Assembly: GCA_040905425.1 (NCBI GenBank)
Contig: JBBDRO010000052.1
Location: 1 to 37,804 of the forward strand
DNA: 37,804 nucleotides
Direction of reading: 5' to 3'
Source: Gemmatimonadota bacterium
GTDB taxonomy: Bacteria; Gemmatimonadota; Gemmatimonadetes; Longimicrobiales; RSA9
Notes under the pieces: model-generated
Seen by the model: only the letters and a program-made list of their open reading frames with translations
What the model was told of the DNA's origin: nothing
The model's database searches: none
In this document: positions 27,344-35,266 of the stretch, piece by piece
Layout of the letters: each line of letters opens with the position of its first letter
Numbering within the stretch: the stretch's first letter is position 1
Made by a program: the position numbers and the translations under genes

Positions 27344-27583
27344 ATGGCCCACAGGAACCAGGAAGGCGACCGCCCGGAGGGCGCCGTTGGCAACGAGATC
27401 CCGGCTCGCGAGGGAGACCAGGAAGCCGAGACCGCTGGCACCGAAGAGTACGACCGTCAGCAGAGGCCGATCACGCACCCCCACCGCGGCAACGAGGCTC
27501 AGACCGAGCCACAGGAGCCGCGCGAGCTGGAGAACCCACCCCAGGAGCGGGGACCGCGGGAGCGCCAGAACGACGCGGTCTGA
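27344..27583 (+). CDS. Small hydrophilic, probably disordered hypothetical protein (~79 aa)
   Basis: AAGGAG RBS followed by three ATGs; E/Q/R/P-rich with no hydrophobic core; GC3-type codon use. Confidence 0.6.
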   Translation: MAHRNQEGDRPEGAVGNEIPAREGDQEAETAGTEEYDRQQRPITHPHRGNEAQTEPQEPRELENPPQERGPRERQNDAV

Positions 27584-27611
27584 GGGCGCGGGCGAGCTAC
27601 GCCGCGGCGAG

Positions 27612-28952
27612 CTACGCCCCGCCCCGCCCGTCCAGCAACTCCTCCACCAGCGCTGCGTTCGCCGCCGCGCCGCCCAGCCGCGCCCGCACGAAGTCGAGCG
27701 CCGCGCGGCCGGCGTCCTCCCGCGCGGCGCGGTCGGCGAGCAGACGCCGTAGCGCGGCCTCCGCCTCGGCGGCCGTCCGCGCCACGAAGCCGCCCCCCTC
27801 CGCGGCGAGCGCCTCGGCCTCGCGCGCGTTGCCGAAGCGAGGCCCGAACAGCACGGGCAGTCCGAGCGCGGCGGGCTCCACCACGGAGTGCAGCCCGTCC
27901 ACGCCGAAGCCGCCGCCCACCCACGCCAGGCTGCCCGCCTTGTAGAGGTCGGCCAGCACCCCCACGCGGTCCACAACCACCACGTCGGGTGCGGGGGTGC
28001 CGGCCTCCACAGCGGCCAGGCGCGCGTGCTCCAGACCGGCCGCGACCAGCGTGCGCTCCAGGCCGTCGAGGTGGGCGGGTGTGGGCTCGTGCGGAGCGAT
28101 CACCGCGCGCACCCCGTACGCACGGCGGACGGCCGCCAGCGCCGGCACGAGCAGCGCCTCGTCGGCGGGCCAGGTGGAGCCCGCCACCAGCAGCACGCCC
28201 GGGCCCCGCCGCACGGCTGCCACGGCGGGCGGCTCGTGGGCGGCGCCCCGCGCCGCAGCAGGCGCGGCAGGCGCACCGGCATCCGCGCCGCCATGCACCC
28301 GCCCCCACACCTGGTCGAAGCGCGCATCCCCGGTGACCCTGACGCGTCCGGCGGGGACGCCGAGCGCCGGGAAGCGGGCCGCGTCCTCGTCGCTTACGGC
28401 ACCTATGGCGGTGAGCCGAGCGTAGGCGGGCTCGAGCGCCCACCGGCCGACGCCGGACGCCCTGGTTGAGCCGGACGAAAGCACGGCGTTGAGCAGCGCG
28501 CAGGGGATCCCGCGTGCGGCGGCCTCGCGCACCAGCACCGGCCAGATCTCCGTGCGCACGAAGACCAGGGCGTCGGGGCGGAGGGCGTCCAGCGCGCGAC
28601 GGACGGGGCCGCGCGTGTCCCACGGCAGGTAGGCGCGCACGTCGGCGGGGACGCGGGCGGCCACGCGCTCGGCGGAGGTGGAGAACCAGGTGAAGGCAAT
28701 CTGCACGCCGGGGCGGCGGGCCAGCAGCGCCTCCAGGATGGCCTGCGCCATCAGCGCCTCGCCCACGGAGGGGGCGTGCACCCAGACCAGCGGCGCCGAC
28801 GGCCGCCGGTGCGCGGCGCCCCACGTGGCCAGCTGCGGCACCGCGGCGGCCCGGCCGGCCACGCCCGCCGAGAGCCGCGGGTGGAACGGCGCGGCCAGGC
28901 GCAGGACGGGGCGGGCGGCGCCCAGGGCGGCTTCGTAGAGGAGCTCACGCAT
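27612..28952 (-). CDS. waaA: 3-deoxy-D-manno-octulosonic acid (Kdo) transferase
   Basis: VWVHAPSVGE, YLPWD, TEIWP, TGDARFD, AGSTW, GGGFG..HSVVEPA, FGP. Confidence 0.88.
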   Translation of the reverse strand: MRELLYEAALGAARPVLRLAAPFHPRLSAGVAGRAAAVPQLATWGAAHRRPSAPLVWVHAPSVGEALMAQAILEALLARRPGVQIAFTWFSTSAERVAARVPADVRAYLPWDTRGPVRRALDALRPDALVFVRTEIWPVLVREAAARGIPCALLNAVLSSGSTRASGVGRWALEPAYARLTAIGAVSDEDAARFPALGVPAGRVRVTGDARFDQVWGRVHGGADAGAPAAPAAARGAAHEPPAVAAVRRGPGVLLVAGSTWPADEALLVPALAAVRRAYGVRAVIAPHEPTPAHLDGLERTLVAAGLEHARLAAVEAGTPAPDVVVVDRVGVLADLYKAGSLAWVGGGFGVDGLHSVVEPAALGLPVLFGPRFGNAREAEALAAEGGGFVARTAAEAEAALRRLLADRAAREDAGRAALDFVRARLGGAAANAALVEELLDGRGGA

Positions 28953-29083
28953 GGGCGCGAAGGTAGAGGCCGCACGCGCGCCTTGTCCACACGCGTCCCG
29001 CGCACGCACATTGGCGGAGCGCGGCACGTACCGCCGCCGCCGTTCCGCGCACCCCCGACAGCGCACCCGAGCACCGGAGCCGC

Positions 29084-30394
29084 ATGGCCGTGACCGCCCC
29101 CAGCGCCGCGCCCGTCGACGCACGCGACACGGGCCCGCCTCTGCTCTCGAAACCCGTCCTCTCCTGGGCGCTCTACGACCTGGCCAACACGGTGTTCTCC
29201 ATGAACATCGTGAGCTACTTCCTGAGCGTCTGGGTGATCGACGTGATGGGCGGCACGGACACACTCTGGGCGCGCGCCAACAGCGTGGCCATGCTCATGA
29301 TGCTGCTCACCGCGCCCTTCCTGGGGGCCGTCTCCGACCGGCTGGGCCGGCGCCTGCCCTTCCTCATGGTGAGCACGTTCCTGTGCGTGGGGCTGACCGC
29401 GCTGCTCGGGCTGCCGGGGCTGATGGGCACCATCGTGCTCTTTGTCTTTGCCAACTACTTCTTCCAGGCCGGCCTCATCTTCTACGACTCGCTCCTGCCG
29501 GTGGTGAGCACGCCGGAGAATCGCGGGCGCGTGAGCGGGCTCGGCGTGGGGCTGGGCTACGTGGGCTCCTTCCTGGGTGTGGGCATCGGCACCTTCCTGC
29601 TCACGCGCTACGACTACGTGGCCGTCTTCCGGCTCACGGCCGTCATCTTCCTGCTCTTCTCCATCCCGATCTTCGTGTTCGTGAAGGAGCCGCGCCGGCG
29701 CGCCCGCAAGCACGAGGGGCACATCCTGTCGGGCGCCTTCAGCCAGGTGGCACGCACCGTTCGTGACGTGCGCCGCTACCGGGGGCTCGGCCGCTTCCTC
29801 ATCGGCCGCGCCTTCTACACGGACGCCGCCAACACGCTCATTGTCTTCATGGGCATCTACGCCATCCAGAACATCGGCTACTCGGAGACTCTCACGCCGA
29901 TCCTCATGATGGTGGCCATCGGCGCGGCCGTGGCCGGCGGCCTGGTGTGGGGGCCGGTGGTGGATCGGCTGGGCCCGAAGCGCACCCTGGAGCTGGTGCT
30001 CTTCGGCTGGATGGGCACGCTGCTGGCGGCGTCGCTGATTCCGCTGCTGGGGCTGCCGCGCGTCCTCTTCTGGGGGGTGGCGTGCGCCGCGGGCATCTGC
30101 CTGGGCGGCACCTGGTCCTCCGACCGCCCGCTCATGCTGGTGCTCTCGCCGCCGGCCAAGGTGGGTGAGTTCTACGGGCTCTACAGCATGGTGGGCCGCT
30201 TCGCCGCGGTGATCGGTCCGCTTCTGTGGGCCTTCGTGGCGGAGACGCTCGGCATGGGCCGGCCCGTGGCGGTGCTCGTGCTCTTCTTCATGGTGGTGGC
30301 GGCGTGGTTCATCCTGCGCCGGGTGGATGACACGCCGCGGGACTGGCGGCCCGAAGAGCTGGGCGGAGAGGAAGCGGACCCTGCCCCCGCATGA
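29084..30394 (+). CDS. MFS transporter (UMF1/ATG22-like)
   Basis: SWALYDLAN, GAVSDRLGRR, YDSLLP, GRVSGLG..LGYVG, GEFYGLY; ~12 TM segments. Confidence 0.9.
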   Translation: MAVTAPSAAPVDARDTGPPLLSKPVLSWALYDLANTVFSMNIVSYFLSVWVIDVMGGTDTLWARANSVAMLMMLLTAPFLGAVSDRLGRRLPFLMVSTFLCVGLTALLGLPGLMGTIVLFVFANYFFQAGLIFYDSLLPVVSTPENRGRVSGLGVGLGYVGSFLGVGIGTFLLTRYDYVAVFRLTAVIFLLFSIPIFVFVKEPRRRARKHEGHILSGAFSQVARTVRDVRRYRGLGRFLIGRAFYTDAANTLIVFMGIYAIQNIGYSETLTPILMMVAIGAAVAGGLVWGPVVDRLGPKRTLELVLFGWMGTLLAASLIPLLGLPRVLFWGVACAAGICLGGTWSSDRPLMLVLSPPAKVGEFYGLYSMVGRFAAVIGPLLWAFVAETLGMGRPVAVLVLFFMVVAAWFILRRVDDTPRDWRPEELGGEEADPAPA

Positions 30395-30395
30395 C

Positions 30396-30438
30396 GTGTT
30401 AAGCGACGTCCCCGCGCCGGCTGCGCCGCGCGCGCTTC
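30396..30438 (-). repeat. ~45-bp dispersed element, copy 3 (acyltransferase N-terminus, antisense to the reading direction of copies 1 and 2)
   Basis: Reverse complement GAAGCGCGCGCGGCGCAGCCGGCGCGGGGACGTCGCTTAACAC. Confidence 0.8.
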
Positions 30439-31901
30439 CCTCCCCGGGCCCCGCCAGCCGCGTGATCACGCGTGTCGTGGGCTGGGCGGTATCCGTCTTC
30501 TACACGGTGGAGCGGCGCGGCGCGCCGCTGCCGGAGGGCCCCGTGCTGGTGGTGGCCAACCACCTGAACGCCCTCGTGGATCCCATGGTGCTTTTCCGCG
30601 TGGCGGGCCGCCCCACCCGCCCGCTGGCCAAGGCGCCACTCTTCGAGCAGGTGCTGGTGGGCGGGATGCTGCGGGGGCTGGGCGGGCTGCCCGTGTACCG
30701 TCGGCAGGACGATCCCGCCCTGATGGAGCGTAACGAGGACACCTTCCGCGCCGCCATCGACGCGCTGCTGGCCGGGGACGCGCTGCAGATCTATCCGGAG
30801 GGAAAGAGCCACTCCGAACCGGCGCTCGAGCCGCTGCGTACGGGCGCGGCGCGCATCGCGCTGGCGGCCGAGGCGGAGGCGGACGAGGCGGGCGAGGGGG
30901 CGGCGGGCGGGGCGGCCGAGGATGCCGAGGAGGGCGCGGGCGCGGCGGGCGGGGCGGGGCCGGGCGGGGCGCCGGGGCTGGGGCTGCGGGTGGTACCGGT
31001 GGGCCTCACGTACGAGCGTAAGCAGTTCTTTGGCGGGCGGGTGCTCGCGGAGATCGGCGCGCCCTTCGAGGTCCGCCCCTGGCTCACGGCCGACGGCGCG
31101 GAGGACCAGGCGGCGGTGCGCGGCCTGACCGAGGAGATCGCCGAGCGCCTGCGCGCCCTCACGCTGAACCTGACCGAGCACGCGGACCGCCCGCTCCTCG
31201 AGGCGGCCGACCGGCTGTGGAGCCGCGAGAAGGGCGTGCACGGCTTCCGCGAGCGCGAGGGCATGGCCGAGCGGGTGCCGCGCCTGCGACGCTTCGCGGA
31301 GGCGCTGGCGTGGCTACGCGAGAACGATCCCGAGCGCTACCGCGAGCTGGCCGCCGGGGTGCGCCGCCACGAGCGGCTGGCGCGTTCGCTGGGCGCCGAG
31401 GAAGGGGACGTACCGCCGGGCTACGCGCCGCTCTCGGTGCTCCGCTACGTGCTGCGTGAGGGCGCGGCGCTGCTCGTGGGGCTGCCGCTGGCCGCCCTGG
31501 GCACGGTGCTCTGGTACCCCGTGTGGGTGGCGCCGCGGCTCACGCTCCGGGTGGTGCGCCCGGACGTGGAGTCCGTGGCCACCTACAAGCTGGCCACCGG
31601 CTTCCTGGCCGTGCCGCTCATGGTGCTGCTCGTGGCGCTCGCGGGGTTCTGGCTGTGGGGGTGGGCGGGCGCGCTGGCGGCCGGCCTGGCGGCGCCGGCG
31701 CTGGGCCTGGTGGCGCTGGCGTGGCGCGCCCGCTGGGGGCGGGTGCGGGAGGACGCCCGCCTCTTCCTGCGCGCCTTCGGGCGGCGGCGCACGCGGGGGC
31801 GCATGGCGGAGCGGCGCGCCGCGCTGGTGGCCGCCTTCGACCGGGTGCTGGCGGAGATGGCGGCGGAGGGGAGCGCCGCCTCAGAACGCCGGAGCCCGTA
31901 G
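30396..31901 (+). CDS. PlsC-family (lyso)phospholipid/glycerol acyltransferase with C-terminal TM helices
   Basis: VANHLNALVDP, LAKAPLF, PVYRRQD, IYPEG, VVPVGL; start uncertain (GTG 30396 follows the MFS stop). Confidence 0.85.
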   Translation: MLSDVPAPAAPRALPSPGPASRVITRVVGWAVSVFYTVERRGAPLPEGPVLVVANHLNALVDPMVLFRVAGRPTRPLAKAPLFEQVLVGGMLRGLGGLPVYRRQDDPALMERNEDTFRAAIDALLAGDALQIYPEGKSHSEPALEPLRTGAARIALAAEAEADEAGEGAAGGAAEDAEEGAGAAGGAGPGGAPGLGLRVVPVGLTYERKQFFGGRVLAEIGAPFEVRPWLTADGAEDQAAVRGLTEEIAERLRALTLNLTEHADRPLLEAADRLWSREKGVHGFREREGMAERVPRLRRFAEALAWLRENDPERYRELAAGVRRHERLARSLGAEEGDVPPGYAPLSVLRYVLREGAALLVGLPLAALGTVLWYPVWVAPRLTLRVVRPDVESVATYKLATGFLAVPLMVLLVALAGFWLWGWAGALAAGLAAPALGLVALAWRARWGRVREDARLFLRAFGRRRTRGRMAERRAALVAAFDRVLAEMAAEGSAASERRSP

Positions 31902-32807
31902 CACCACCGCCAGCGTGAGCACGGACACCGCCGCCCACAGCAGCAGGCCCAGGACGAGCGGGCGCCAGCCCACCCCCCGCAGCGCCTCCACGGAGAGTCC
32001 CGCCCCGATGAGGAAGAGCGTGAGCACCAGGAGCTGCCGCGCCACGGCCACCAGGCCCTCCATCAGGGGCACGGCGCCAGCCGGCGCCAGCGAGCGCATG
32101 AGCGCGGCCAGCAGGAAGAGGCCGATGAACCAGGGGATGGCGGGCATGCCGCCTGGCGCACCCCTCCCCCGGCGGCGCATCCAGAGCGCCGTACCCAACG
32201 CCAGCGGAAAGATCCACAGCGCGCGCGAGAGCTTCAGCACCGTGGCCAGGCGGAGCGCCTCGGCGCCGTAGCTGGCCGCGGCGCCCACCACCGAGCTGGT
32301 GTCGTGGATGGCGATGGCGGCCCACAGCGCGAACTGCCCCTGGGTCAGCTCCAGGGCGCCGCCCACCAGCGGGAAGACGTAGAGCGCCACGCCGTTCAGC
32401 AGGAAGACGGTGCCCAGCGCCACGGCCATGGCGTGCGGACCGGCGCCGATCACGGGGCCCACCGCGGCGATGGCGCTGCCGCCGCAGATGCTCGTGCCCG
32501 CCGTGACCAGGAAGGCGGTGTGGCCCTCCACGCGCAGCCAGCGACCGAGCAGCGCGCCCAGCGCCAGCGTGGCCGCGATCCCGCCCGCCGTGTAGAGGAA
32601 GCCGGCCGCCCCCGCCGCCAACACCCGGCCGAGCGGCAGCCCGAAGCCCAGCCCCACCACGGACGCCTGCAGGAGGAGCCGCGCCGCCGGCCCCGTGTGC
32701 CACGGGAACGGATCGCCGAGCGCCAGCGCGAAGGCCACCCCCACGGCCAGCGCCAGCGCGGGTGTGACCGCGGGCAGCAGGCAGAGCAGGCACAGGAGGA
32801 GGAACAT
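31881..32807 (-). CDS. YeiH/UPF0324 putative sulfate exporter family membrane protein
   Basis: LLQASVVGLGFG, GTSICGGSAIAA, AIHDTSSVVGA, ATVLKLSRALW. Confidence 0.9.
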   Translation of the reverse strand: MFLLLCLLCLLPAVTPALALAVGVAFALALGDPFPWHTGPAARLLLQASVVGLGFGLPLGRVLAAGAAGFLYTAGGIAATLALGALLGRWLRVEGHTAFLVTAGTSICGGSAIAAVGPVIGAGPHAMAVALGTVFLLNGVALYVFPLVGGALELTQGQFALWAAIAIHDTSSVVGAAASYGAEALRLATVLKLSRALWIFPLALGTALWMRRRGRGAPGGMPAIPWFIGLFLLAALMRSLAPAGAVPLMEGLVAVARQLLVLTLFLIGAGLSVEALRGVGWRPLVLGLLLWAAVSVLTLAVVLRAPAF

Positions 32808-32853
32808 TCCCCGCCGCAGCGGACCCGTGCGGCCGGAGGAGCGCCCGGGCGGA

Positions 32854-33051
32854 CTACTCAGGCGCGTACTCCCGTGCGTCGGGGTCGGCCTGGCGGCGGA
32901 TCTCCACCAGATCGGCCGTGGCGTCCGCCTCGGCGGGGACCTGATCGGCCACGGCGCGGATGGCGGCGCTCAGCGAGTCCGCCTGCACGTCCACCACATG
33001 GTACTGATGGCGGTTGCCGCCGTAGCGAAGCGTTGCGCGGTACTGGGGCAC
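32854..33051 (-). CDS. Small hypothetical protein (65 aa, MPQYRATLRYG...EYAPE)
   Basis: GAGG RBS before GTG; fills the gap between rsmD and yeiH on the same strand; globular-looking composition. Confidence 0.6.
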   Translation of the reverse strand: MPQYRATLRYGGNRHQYHVVDVQADSLSAAIRAVADQVPAEADATADLVEIRRQADPDAREYAPE

Positions 33052-33079
33052 GATGCGTCCTCGTTCGTGATTCGCAGGT

Positions 33080-33604
33080 TCAGTCGCGGCGCGGGGCCGT
33101 GAGCAGCGTGACCATGGTTTCCCCCACGCGGCGCGTCCGGCCGCGCACGCCCAGGGGGGCGTCCGCCGCGTGCTCGAGCACCAGCAGGGTGCTGAAGGGC
33201 ACCTCCCGCCAGCGCGCCAGTACGCGGTCCAGCTTGCGCGAGCCGTAGGGCGGATCCGCGAAGGCCAGGTCGTAGGCGGCCGCCGGCAGGCGCTCCACGA
33301 AGGGGATGGCGTCCCGGTCGAAGACGCGCGCCCACGTGCGGGTGCGGAAGGCCGCCACGTTGGCCTTGAGCGCGTGGATGGCGGACGGGCCGTTCTCCAC
33401 GAAGTCGCAGCTGCTGGCGCCGCGCGAGAGCGCCTCCAGCCCCAGCGCGCCGGTGCCGGCAAAGAGGTCCAGCACGCGCGCCCGCTCCACCGCCGCGCCG
33501 ACCAGCTCGAGCGCCGCCACGCGCACCGCCTCCGCGGTGGGACGCACGCGCCCGGCGGGGGAGACCAGGTCCCTGCCAGCCCAGCGGCCGGCCACGATCC
33601 TCAC
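33080..33604 (-). CDS. rsmD: RsmD-family methyltransferase
   Basis: RIVAGRW.GR, VRPT, VLDLFAGTGALGLEALSRGA, DPPY. Confidence 0.88.
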   Translation of the reverse strand: MRIVAGRWAGRDLVSPAGRVRPTAEAVRVAALELVGAAVERARVLDLFAGTGALGLEALSRGASSCDFVENGPSAIHALKANVAAFRTRTWARVFDRDAIPFVERLPAAAYDLAFADPPYGSRKLDRVLARWREVPFSTLLVLEHAADAPLGVRGRTRRVGETMVTLLTAPRRD

Positions 33605-33605
33605 G

Positions 33606-33983
33606 TCAGCGCGCCGCGGCGCTCCACGCCGCCCAGGCGAGCAGCGCCCAGCCCGCCAGGAAGCACACGCCCCCGATGGGCGTGATGGCGCCGAACCAGC
33701 GCGGCGCTCCCAGCGCCAGGGCGTACAGGCTGCCGGCAAAGACCACCACGCCGACCACGAAGAGCCAGCCCGCCGCGGCCACCAGGGGGGTGCTCCAGCG
33801 CGTGGACGCCCATGCCACGGCCAGCAGCGCCAGGGCGTGGTACATGTGGTAGCGGGCGCCGACCTCGAAGATGTCCAGCCGATCCGCCGGAAGACGGCTG
33901 GATAGTGCGTGCGCGCCGAAGGCGCCCGCCGCCACCGCGAGGAGCGCCAGCAGGGAGCCGAGTGCAAAGAACGTGCGTTCCAT
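33606..33983 (-). CDS. DUF423 (YgdD/TMEM256) membrane protein
   Basis: AVAAGAFGAH, RYHMYHALAL, FAGSLY, GAITPIGG. Confidence 0.92.
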   Translation of the reverse strand: MERTFFALGSLLALLAVAAGAFGAHALSSRLPADRLDIFEVGARYHMYHALALLAVAWASTRWSTPLVAAAGWLFVVGVVVFAGSLYALALGAPRWFGAITPIGGVCFLAGWALLAWAAWSAAAR

Positions 33984-34097
33984 CGTCGCTTGCATGAAGG
34001 AAACAGGGGGACTGCCTGTCCGCGAGGGCAACCTAGCGCACCGGGCCGGGGCCGGCACCTTCCCCCGCCGGAACCGTGCGCGCATCTTGTGGGTCCC

Positions 34098-35162
34098 ATG
34101 CGCATGCACAGGACCGTCCTCACCCTGCTGGCCGTGGCGGCCATGGCCACCATCACGCTGACGTGCTCGCCCGGCTACCTGCTGCGGGCGGGCGTGGAGG
34201 AGGCGCGCATCCTGAGCCGGCGGCGGCCCATCCCGCACGTGATCGCCGATCCCGCCACCACGCCCGAGACGCGGCGGCGCCTGGAGCTGGTGCTGCAGGC
34301 CCGTACCTTTGCCGACAGCTATATGGAGCTGAACGCCGGCCAGAGCTTCACCACCTACTCGTGGGTGGAGAGTGACACGCTGCTCATGGTGCTCTCCGCC
34401 GCCCGCAAGGAGCGCTTCGAGGCCTACACCTGGTGGTTTCCCATCGTGGGCCGGGTGCCCTACAAGGGCTACTTCGACTTCGACGCGGCCGCGGCCGCGG
34501 CCGCGGAGCTGGCCGCCGCGGGCTACGACACGTACGTGCGGCCGAGCGGCGCCTTCAGCACGCTGGGCTGGTTCAACGATCCGCTGCTGAACACCGTCCT
34601 GGACTACGGGGACGTGTCGCTGGTCAATACCGTCATCCACGAGCTGCTGCACAACACGCTGTTCGTGCCGGGCCAGGTGGCCTTCAACGAGAGCTTCGCC
34701 AATTTCGTGGGGGACCGGGGCACCATTGCGTTCTTCTGCGCGCGCGAGGGGGAGGAGAGCGAGCGCTGCGCGCTGGCGCGGGCGTCGTGGGCGGACAACC
34801 TCCTCTACGGCGCCTTCCTGAGCTCGCTGGTGGCGGAGCTGGAAGCGGCCTATGCGCGCACGGACCTGCCGGTGGCGCGGCGCATCGAGCTGCGCGAGGA
34901 GGTCTTCAGCGCGGCCAGGACCCGCTTCCGCGCGGAGGTGGAACCGGCGCTCCGCACGCGCGCCTTCCAGGGCTGGGCCGAGCGGGAGGTGAACAACGCC
35001 ACGCTCATCGGCACGCGGCTCTACTACCAGCAACTGGACCTCTTCGAGGCCGTCTTCCAGCGCTACGGCGGCAATCTGGCGGCGGCCATCGCGGCCATGG
35101 CGGAGGCGGCGGAGCGGACGCCGGGCGCGCCGTTCGACGCGGTGGCCGGGCTGCTCGACTAG
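34098..35162 (+). CDS. Putative secreted zinc aminopeptidase (DUF2265-like)
   Basis: Signal/lipoprotein-like N-terminus, WWFPIVGRVPYKGYF, AFSTLGWFNDP, HELLH...NESFA, NNA. Confidence 0.85.
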   Translation: MRMHRTVLTLLAVAAMATITLTCSPGYLLRAGVEEARILSRRRPIPHVIADPATTPETRRRLELVLQARTFADSYMELNAGQSFTTYSWVESDTLLMVLSAARKERFEAYTWWFPIVGRVPYKGYFDFDAAAAAAAELAAAGYDTYVRPSGAFSTLGWFNDPLLNTVLDYGDVSLVNTVIHELLHNTLFVPGQVAFNESFANFVGDRGTIAFFCAREGEESERCALARASWADNLLYGAFLSSLVAELEAAYARTDLPVARRIELREEVFSAARTRFRAEVEPALRTRAFQGWAEREVNNATLIGTRLYYQQLDLFEAVFQRYGGNLAAAIAAMAEAAERTPGAPFDAVAGLLD

Positions 35163-35266
35163 AAAACTCTGGTCGGAGCCACCGCCCCCACTTACCTTGG
35201 GAGCCGTGCCGCTGCCCGCGCGGCGCCACTCCCCCAGCCTCGCACGCCCCCGGAGCGCGCCTGACC

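Noticed and set aside
27588..27618. Short duplication GGCGAGCTACGCC around the waaA stop
   Set aside because: Simple slippage-type duplication with no evidence of function
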